A DNA stretch of 64,000 bases, taken from NCBI GenBank assembly GCA_964544225.1, contig CAZIZK010000001.1:271477-335476 (forward strand). Direction: 5' to 3'. Shown here piece after piece: positions 57,778-64,000 of the stretch. How positions within the stretch are numbered: position 1 is the stretch's first letter; each line of letters begins with the position of its first letter. This stretch comes from an uncultured Candidatus Saccharibacteria bacterium (lineage in GTDB: Bacteria; Patescibacteriota; Minisyncoccia; Phycocordibacterales; UBA9973). Under the pieces are notes generated by a model. That model was not told the origin of the DNA. It did no database searches and worked only from the letters and a program-made list of their open reading frames with translations. A program made the translations under genes and the position numbers.

Positions 57778-58614
57778 ATGATTTTTAAAAAGTTTCATAA
57801 AATAAATTCAAATTTTTGTGAAAATATATTTTTACACAAAGTTGTTGATATTTTACATAAACATTTAGACGATAATTATAATCTTATTTTAACTAATAAT
57901 GAAGATATTGATTTACTTGATTTTAATGACAAGTGTATAAATATTGTTATATTTATTTCAGATGAAGAGGGGATTATTCCAGTTTGGGTAAATAAAGTAG
58001 ATTTTATTTTTAGAACTTACGGAAATAATGATATTTGCGATTATAAAAAGATATTTCCAATTCCTTGTGGTTTTGTTGGCCCTTTTAAAATTGATGGTCT
58101 AGATAATACTTATTTAGGAGAATTAGAAAAGACCCCTTTAACTCAAAGAGAGTATGATTTATTTTATTCTGGTCAAAAAGCTCTAAATAGAATAATTTTC
58201 ATGTTTTTTGTAAATAGAATTAAGAATAAATTTAATTCATTTATAAATCAGACTATAGGTTTCAGAAAGGGATTATCAATACAAAAATATTTTTCAATTA
58301 TGAATAATTCAAAAATTGCCTTGGTCCCAAGAGGTGCAGTTATTCCGGAATCTTTTAGATACATGGAAGCTTTTGAATCTAATTGTATTGTTATTACAAG
58401 TTACCCAAGGCATTTAAGTAAATATAATATGTGGTATTATGAAAATTCCCCAGCTGTTTTTATAAAGAATTGGTGGAGTTTAAAACCAAGATTAATTGAT
58501 AAATTATTATCAAAAGAAAACTTGGAACTTTCTTTTGAAAAAAATAAGAAGTATTATGATGAATACCTGTCTACAAAAGCTGTTGCAGATTATATAATAA
58601 ACAATTTAAAATAA
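57778..58614 (+). CDS. Exostosin (GT47)-like glycosyltransferase (tentative)
   Basis: C-terminal half has LFYSGQ...SKIALVPRGAVIPESFRYMEAFESNCIVI, resembling the exostosin/GT47 FCLxPxG....RxxEAxxxGC[IV]PV core. The gene is very AT-rich. Confidence 0.4.
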   Translation: MIFKKFHKINSNFCENIFLHKVVDILHKHLDDNYNLILTNNEDIDLLDFNDKCINIVIFISDEEGIIPVWVNKVDFIFRTYGNNDICDYKKIFPIPCGFVGPFKIDGLDNTYLGELEKTPLTQREYDLFYSGQKALNRIIFMFFVNRIKNKFNSFINQTIGFRKGLSIQKYFSIMNNSKIALVPRGAVIPESFRYMEAFESNCIVITSYPRHLSKYNMWYYENSPAVFIKNWWSLKPRLIDKLLSKENLELSFEKNKKYYDEYLSTKAVADYIINNLK

Positions 58615-58615
58615 T

Positions 58616-59443
58616 ATGAATAAATTAGTCTCAGTAATATTACCTACATACAATGGCTCTAGTTGGATCCAAAGGGCTATAGAAAGCGTTATAAGCCAAT
58701 CCTACAAGGATTGGGAGCTTATCGTGGTAGATGATGGCTCTACCGACAATACAGGGCAAATAGTGGCCAATATGAGCCAAAATGACAGTAGGATCAGGTA
58801 TATAAAGAACGATGTAAATTCAGGTATCCAGAAGACATTGAATAATGGCCTAAACGTGGCCAAAGGTGAATATATTGCCCGTATTGATGACGATGATTAT
58901 TGGGTAGATATTGATAAATTACAGAAACAAGTAGACTTTATGGATGGCAATCCTGACTATGTGTTGGTAGGCACAGGAGTGATTATTGTAAATGAAAAGG
59001 GTGATGAACTTTTTAAATATCTAGTACCAGAAACTAATGAACAAATAAAGAAGCGTCTTTTGGGGAAGAACTGTTTTGTACACTCAAGTGTAATGTTTAA
59101 AAAGAGTGCGGTTATGCAGTTTGGTGGTTATAGTGAAGGCGTAGAGGAGAAGCATTTTGAGGATTATGATCTATGGTTGAAGCTCGGTACTATCGGCAAG
59201 CTCGCGAACCTACCAATATATGGATTGAAGTATACTATGCGTGAAGGTAGCCTAAGCGCAGTAAATAGAGTAGAAGTATTCCGTAAAATATTGAAGCATT
59301 TAAAGAAGTACAAGAGCTCCTACAAGGGGTATTGTGGAGCAATAATTCGTGCTTATGCAAGATTTGTCGTATATGGATTATTTTTAAAATCCCCAATTAA
59401 GTTTTCTTTAAATAAAATTATAAAGTTTTATAAAGAGCATTAA
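58616..59443 (+). CDS. Glycosyltransferase family 2
   Basis: VSVILPTYNG......VVDDGSTDNT and DDDD/ED motifs of the GT-A fold. Confidence 0.85.
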   Translation: MNKLVSVILPTYNGSSWIQRAIESVISQSYKDWELIVVDDGSTDNTGQIVANMSQNDSRIRYIKNDVNSGIQKTLNNGLNVAKGEYIARIDDDDYWVDIDKLQKQVDFMDGNPDYVLVGTGVIIVNEKGDELFKYLVPETNEQIKKRLLGKNCFVHSSVMFKKSAVMQFGGYSEGVEEKHFEDYDLWLKLGTIGKLANLPIYGLKYTMREGSLSAVNRVEVFRKILKHLKKYKSSYKGYCGAIIRAYARFVVYGLFLKSPIKFSLNKIIKFYKEH

Positions 59444-59450
59444 TTTGTGG

Positions 59451-60374
59451 CTACCTTATAATTTTCTTTATATATGTACGTGCTAACGATTTTAGAATCT
59501 CTATTTTAACGATAGATAGTAAGTAAATATATTTTATAAGTAGATTACCAGATGGATATTGGTTTGCAAGTTTATTTATTATTACTAGACTCTTCTTTAT
59601 AATTATATATAAATCTTTTAGATGTAATTCTTTTTTTGAGTGGAATTTATAAAATATCTCTGAATTATCAAGCGAGCCCGTATAGTATTTGTAATTGTCT
59701 TCGAATATAGTATAAACACTTTTATTTATGTTTTCTTTTGCTGTGTTTGAATAATTCGATCCATGCTGTCTATAATCTAAAAGTATCTTGTGTATATTAA
59801 AACCTGCATGCTTTTTAATGGCTTTTGCCAAGAAGGCAAAATCTTCACAGGGGACTTCTGGGTAGTGGGGGACAGTATTTAATATTTCTTTCCTAAACAT
59901 GACACTCGGGTTACAGAAATATATGTCACTAATAAATCTCCAAGCTAGGCGCAAGCTATTACTTGGGTGAAATACTTTAATACCATCACAATTGTTGCCA
60001 AATAATTGATACCCTCCACCTACTATGTCTATATGTTTATTTTTATATAAAAAGTCTACCTGAGTTTCAAGCCTGTATGGCCTTTGAATATCATCAGCAT
60101 CTGCTTTGGCTATATAAGCACCTTGAGCTATGTCTAGGCCTGTATTTGACGCACCATGGATACCTTTATTGTATTTATTGTTTACTAATATAACTCTTTT
60201 ATCTTTTTGAGCCCAATTATTTATAATATCTACCGAATTGTCCGTAGAGCAATCGTTTATGATTATCAATTCAAAATTTGTATATGTTTGATTTAATATA
60301 CTTTGTATAGTTTCATCTAAATACAAGCTGGCATTATAAACTGGCATTATTATACTTACTTTTTCTTTTGTCAT
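59451..60374 (-). CDS. Glycosyltransferase family 2
   Basis: VSIIMPVYNA......IIINDCSTDNS and ADADD. Confidence 0.85.
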   Translation of the reverse strand: MTKEKVSIIMPVYNASLYLDETIQSILNQTYTNFELIIINDCSTDNSVDIINNWAQKDKRVILVNNKYNKGIHGASNTGLDIAQGAYIAKADADDIQRPYRLETQVDFLYKNKHIDIVGGGYQLFGNNCDGIKVFHPSNSLRLAWRFISDIYFCNPSVMFRKEILNTVPHYPEVPCEDFAFLAKAIKKHAGFNIHKILLDYRQHGSNYSNTAKENINKSVYTIFEDNYKYYTGSLDNSEIFYKFHSKKELHLKDLYIIIKKSLVIINKLANQYPSGNLLIKYIYLLSIVKIEILKSLARTYIKKIIR

Positions 60375-60380
60375 AAATAA

Positions 60381-61136
60381 TTAAAAAAATCTTTTTATTA
60401 TTAAACTGCTTACTAGTATAGGATTCTTTGTCTGGTATAATAATTTTTTATAAAATTTAAAAAGCCCTACAATTTGCTTCGTCCGGCTCTTGCTATTATT
60501 TAGAGGGTGTCTTCGTATATGAACTAGTACTTCATCTATATAATCTATGTTGTATTTATTTGATATTCTGAGCCACATTTCCCAGTCTTCAGCATAGCGT
60601 AAACTTTCATCAAAAGTCCCCACATGATCAAACACATCCTTTTTAATCAAAACACAACTAGCACTACCTAATATTTTATTTGCTTTCAGTAGTGCTGAGT
60701 AGGCGTTCCTCCTATAATTATTATCAATATTTAAAACCTTTTCCGTGCTAGGCCCACCATTCTCATTAATAGTGTCATATCTACCATACACAAGCCCCAA
60801 GTTATCAAATGGGCTATTATTAAATACCTCCATTTGTTTTGCTAGCTTATTACTTACCCATACGTCATCTGCATCCAAGAATGCTATATATTCTGCTTCT
60901 GAATGGCTAAGGCCATTATTACGAGCACTATTTGGTCCAGCATTGTTTTGTTTTATATATACAATATCTATGTTAAGTAGTTCTTTGCAAGAGGCAATAA
61001 CCTGGGCCGTGTTATCTGTCGAACCATCATCAACAACAAATACTTTATTTACAGCTAAAGTTTGTTCGCTTACTGACCATAAAGCCTCTTTTAGGTATTT
61101 ACCATTATTGTATGTTGGGATTATTACATCTATCAT
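60381..61136 (-). CDS. Glycosyltransferase family 2
   Basis: IDVIIPTYNN......VVDDGSTDNT and LDADD. Confidence 0.85.
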   Translation of the reverse strand: MIDVIIPTYNNGKYLKEALWSVSEQTLAVNKVFVVDDGSTDNTAQVIASCKELLNIDIVYIKQNNAGPNSARNNGLSHSEAEYIAFLDADDVWVSNKLAKQMEVFNNSPFDNLGLVYGRYDTINENGGPSTEKVLNIDNNYRRNAYSALLKANKILGSASCVLIKKDVFDHVGTFDESLRYAEDWEMWLRISNKYNIDYIDEVLVHIRRHPLNNSKSRTKQIVGLFKFYKKLLYQTKNPILVSSLIIKRFF

Positions 61137-61137
61137 A

Positions 61138-62103
61138 TTAGTACCAATTTTTTATATTTATAATATCTTGATATTTATCCAGTGGTATACCCGGGATATC
61201 TTCATTGTAGAATATTTTACAGAATAGAGCATATCTATCTAGGGCACAATGAACATAAGATTCACTGACATTTTTTACAGCTTCACGATTATTGTAAAAG
61301 TTCATGCCCGACCCTACGCAGGAAAAGTGTACGAGCTTGTTACCAAAGTCTATTTTATAAGGGGTAGGGAAGTTGTTGATGTTTTTAAATATATTGTCTC
61401 TTTTGCCGTATTTATCACAACCACCCACATCATCTTCTGATAGGTGATGTATACGTGCACCATTATATATCATTTCAAACATAACTTGATCAAAAAAGTC
61501 CAATGTCTTGAATGTATACAATGGGTATGAACCATATATTTTTTGTGCGAATTCACTGAGTGGAAATTTTCCTAAGAGTTTTTTGATTTGGTATTTTATA
61601 TGTTTAAATATAAATGAAGGATTTAAATCTGATATTTTTAAAACTGATTTTTGAAGATTTATTTTGTCTTTTTTAAATAAAATACAATTAGTTTGGCATA
61701 GATCAGCAAGATGCCTAACATCATCTCTTTCACAAGGGTTATGGTGATAATTGCGTATTGGTCCTATGATGTCATAATCCTTTGCTAGGGTTAATATTTC
61801 ATCAATAATGTTTTCACGAAATATAGTATCACTATCAAAATGAATTATTTGATTATGTTCTGTTTCCAATATTGCCTTTTCCCACAACATAGCTGTGCCA
61901 CGATGACCGTATTTAAAAGCATTTAAAATATTTGCTTCAATTTCAATAAATACATTATTTGGGTGAGTATCTATATACTTGAAGTCTTTTTTAGTGCCAT
62001 AAATATGTACTTTGTAATTATGGTATTTATGAAAAGAGTTCAGTGCAATTTTACCGATTTTGCCACAATTTACTATCTCTGTAAATATAAATGTATTATC
62101 CAT
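61138..62103 (-). CDS. Putative nucleotide-sugar-dependent glycosyltransferase (GT-A-like, DxD), family unassigned
   Basis: IIHFDSDTIF DxD-like motif. It sits inside a glycosyltransferase cluster, and no stronger match was recognised. Confidence 0.3.
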   Translation of the reverse strand: MDNTFIFTEIVNCGKIGKIALNSFHKYHNYKVHIYGTKKDFKYIDTHPNNVFIEIEANILNAFKYGHRGTAMLWEKAILETEHNQIIHFDSDTIFRENIIDEILTLAKDYDIIGPIRNYHHNPCERDDVRHLADLCQTNCILFKKDKINLQKSVLKISDLNPSFIFKHIKYQIKKLLGKFPLSEFAQKIYGSYPLYTFKTLDFFDQVMFEMIYNGARIHHLSEDDVGGCDKYGKRDNIFKNINNFPTPYKIDFGNKLVHFSCVGSGMNFYNNREAVKNVSESYVHCALDRYALFCKIFYNEDIPGIPLDKYQDIINIKNWY

Positions 62104-63082
62104 GGATTATTTTTTTAAATTTATTTAATATTTTATACACAAACTTTGTTTTTTCTGGGTATAGGGTAACTTCTACTTTATCAAGATTATTTTTATGATC
62201 ATTTATGTACTCACAAAGCATAGGGAATATCTGGTATTTATCCAAGATTAGGTTTTTTGCTATTTTCAATTCACCTTCGGATCGTTCATAAAGGTCACTT
62301 TGGATTATATATTTTATTGTATTTATCGCCTCATCTGTATTATCTATATCTATTACAGATAAAGTATCTTTTGTAAAATAATCATATATATTAGTACACC
62401 CATAGTATATAGGGTATGCCCCAGCAAGGAAAGTATCTGTCAATTTTTCTGTCCAATAATCATTTGTAGAGCTATTTTCAAGTACTATGTGATATTTATA
62501 CGGTGCTATACCATCCCATTTGTCATCTAAGGTATTTGACCCTAAGCCATAAATATCTATTTGATCACCCAATTCATTTTTGAGTTTATTTAGGAAATCA
62601 TGTCTTTTTTTATGTCCTTTTGTAAATGTCTTATTCGATACAATAATAGAGGCTAATTTTGTTTTAATAGGTGTTGGTAAGGCTTTTAATTCATCATAAG
62701 TTTTATAATATTTATCTTCACCACTTTGCATCTTGTAACCAATCCACCAAGGTAATGCTTGTTGTTGGTGGATAATATTTGGGTGCTTGATTCCTTTCTG
62801 ACATGTTACTATTGCACCAAATTGTTTGGTGAATTGATGGTTGTATTTATGTACAGATTCGGGTTCGGTTGTTATTAGTACAATATTTTCCTTTGCAACT
62901 TTTGTTCCTTCTTCTTTTTCTAATCCACCATACACAACCCACAGATCGCACTCATCAATATCTTCATTGATGTAGAATTCACAATTACCCCATACTGGAT
63001 TCAAAGAGGGAAGCTGTTTAATGAATGGTTTACCACCACCAGCTGTAGATATTTTAATTTTAAAAATATTTTTCTCATTCAT
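62096..63082 (-). CDS. Alpha-1,3/4-fucosyltransferase-family glycosyltransferase (GT10)
   Basis: IVSNK...R..FLNKL.....IDIYGLGSN....YKYHIVLENSSTNDYWTEKLTDTFLAGAYPIYYG matches the GT10 FucT motifs (compare YKFNLCFENTQGYGYVTEKI...PIYWG). The start is taken at MNEKNIF. Confidence 0.7.
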   Translation of the reverse strand: MNEKNIFKIKISTAGGGKPFIKQLPSLNPVWGNCEFYINEDIDECDLWVVYGGLEKEEGTKVAKENIVLITTEPESVHKYNHQFTKQFGAIVTCQKGIKHPNIIHQQQALPWWIGYKMQSGEDKYYKTYDELKALPTPIKTKLASIIVSNKTFTKGHKKRHDFLNKLKNELGDQIDIYGLGSNTLDDKWDGIAPYKYHIVLENSSTNDYWTEKLTDTFLAGAYPIYYGCTNIYDYFTKDTLSVIDIDNTDEAINTIKYIIQSDLYERSEGELKIAKNLILDKYQIFPMLCEYINDHKNNLDKVEVTLYPEKTKFVYKILNKFKKIIHG

Positions 63083-63084
63083 AA

Positions 63085-63840
63085 TTAATTTTTTGTAAAC
63101 CAAAAACAACCACAACCGTATCGTTGGGAATCTGCTAAAGATTTTGATGCATTATATATGATACCTTCTTCCTGCCCATTATCGGGGATTAATGTAAACT
63201 CTTTTAATGTAAGCTCAGAAAAATATTGCATTATTTGATCATATGAATATATGCGATGCGCATTAAATTGAACCATGGGTTTACCTATAGGGCTTACAAA
63301 TAAAAGATTTCCATTCGGAGCAAGAACTCGCACCAACTCTTTTATTGATTTAATATCTGCATCTGGGTCTATTGGGTCACCATATCGCCCAAGCCCAATA
63401 TGCTCTATTGTGTGCATGCAAGATATTGAATCAACACTATTGTCCTCGAATGGCAATGCAAGTAAGTTTCCTTCTTTAGAGGACAAATTGTCCAGCTTTA
63501 CATTGGCTGGTCTATAATCATAAAACTCTACAGGTATAAAAGCGGATACGATAGTGGAAAAATGTAATGTCGAAGATACATCTATATGTTTAGTTGGTTT
63601 AGTTTTTGATAAAATTCTTGCTGCCCAGGCTGGATGATAGATATAGTGTGCATCGAATAATGTTTTCTCTGTTTTATCAAAGAATTGTGGACATCGATTT
63701 TTCCAATCTACACTAAGTCTAGGATTTTTTTTAGCTTCTTTTTGGAATAATCTAAACTCTTTTAAGAAAGAAATATAAAGATATGTTTCTTTAATAAACT
63801 TCTTGATAAAACTTGGAATAATTTTTTTTATTATTTGCAT
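63085..63840 (-). CDS. Class I SAM-dependent methyltransferase-like protein (DUF268-type)
   Basis: LPFEDNSVDSISCMHTIEHI and LAPNGNLLFVSP resemble methyltransferase motifs. It may O-methylate the glycan. Confidence 0.5.
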   Translation of the reverse strand: MQIIKKIIPSFIKKFIKETYLYISFLKEFRLFQKEAKKNPRLSVDWKNRCPQFFDKTEKTLFDAHYIYHPAWAARILSKTKPTKHIDVSSTLHFSTIVSAFIPVEFYDYRPANVKLDNLSSKEGNLLALPFEDNSVDSISCMHTIEHIGLGRYGDPIDPDADIKSIKELVRVLAPNGNLLFVSPIGKPMVQFNAHRIYSYDQIMQYFSELTLKEFTLIPDNGQEEGIIYNASKSLADSQRYGCGCFWFTKN

Positions 63841-63843
63841 AAA

Positions 63844-64000
63844 TTATAACTTTAATGTTTTTGTAATTGTTTTACTAAAATTTTCAGGCAGGAATACCTT
63901 GTACTGATCACTTTTTAAAAATTGCTCGATAGCTTTTGTGTACATATTATATTTATTCTCATCTATTGATTCTAGAAATTCCAAAAGTTCTCTATCGTTT
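63844..64000 (-). CDS. 3' end of a gene extending beyond the window (partial; hypothetical)
   Basis: Only one reverse frame is open across 63847-64000 (…NDRELLEFLESIDENKYNMYTKAIEQFLKSDQYKVFLPENFSKTITKTLKL*), with its stop at 63844-63846. Confidence 0.3.
   Translation of the reverse strand, partial: NDRELLEFLESIDENKYNMYTKAIEQFLKSDQYKVFLPENFSKTITKTLKL

Overview
This 64-kb window is low-GC bacterial DNA that is densely coding on both strands and carries no rRNA, tRNA or CRISPR. The gene content looks like a Candidate Phyla Radiation / Parcubacteria-type reduced genome; that placement is inference from content only.

Two themes dominate the window.

1. Nucleotide metabolism and housekeeping (about 3-44 kb):
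- Class Ia ribonucleotide reductase nrdA-nrdB.
- A divergent dihydroorotase-like cyclic amidohydrolase and a class-1 dihydroorotate dehydrogenase-like gene.
- A contiguous thymidylate-cycle block, thyA-folA-dcd, facing glyA, followed by a Nudix hydrolase, tmk and a MazG-like NTP pyrophosphohydrolase.
- argS, asd, and a T-box-controlled ileS operon.
- glyQS, metG and tatD.
- The rpsF-ssb-rpsR operon, efp, recA and ftsK.
- secE-nusG-rplK ending at a terminator with no rplA after it.

2. A cell-surface glycan locus (about 49.9-64 kb):
- A Thr/Ser-rich secreted protein with a peptidoglycan-binding domain.
- A Wzy_C/O-antigen-ligase-like membrane protein with a TPR tail.
- GDP-L-fucose synthesis genes gmd-fcl.
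- A GT11 alpha-1,2-fucosyltransferase and a GT10 alpha-1,3-fucosyltransferase-family enzyme.
- An exostosin(GT47)-like glycosyltransferase, three GT2 enzymes, one further putative glycosyltransferase and a methyltransferase.

I propose this locus is a protein O-glycosylation / Lewis-antigen-like fucosylated glycan system.

Other points of interest:
- The ileS gene carries an inserted histidine-phosphatase (PGAM-like) domain and is co-transcribed with a tandem-Nudix and a HAD hydrolase.
- A tightly coupled operon at 188-2753 pairs a SAM-methyltransferase-like protein with a large cysteine-rich protein capped by duplicated zinc ribbons.
- EF-P has an atypical modification loop.
- Several inverted-repeat or structured intergenic elements lie in the folA-dcd, recA-efp and rpsF-upstream regions and in a 750-bp gene-free stretch.

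Functional assignments come from motifs I recognised by eye in the supplied translations. No database search was run.
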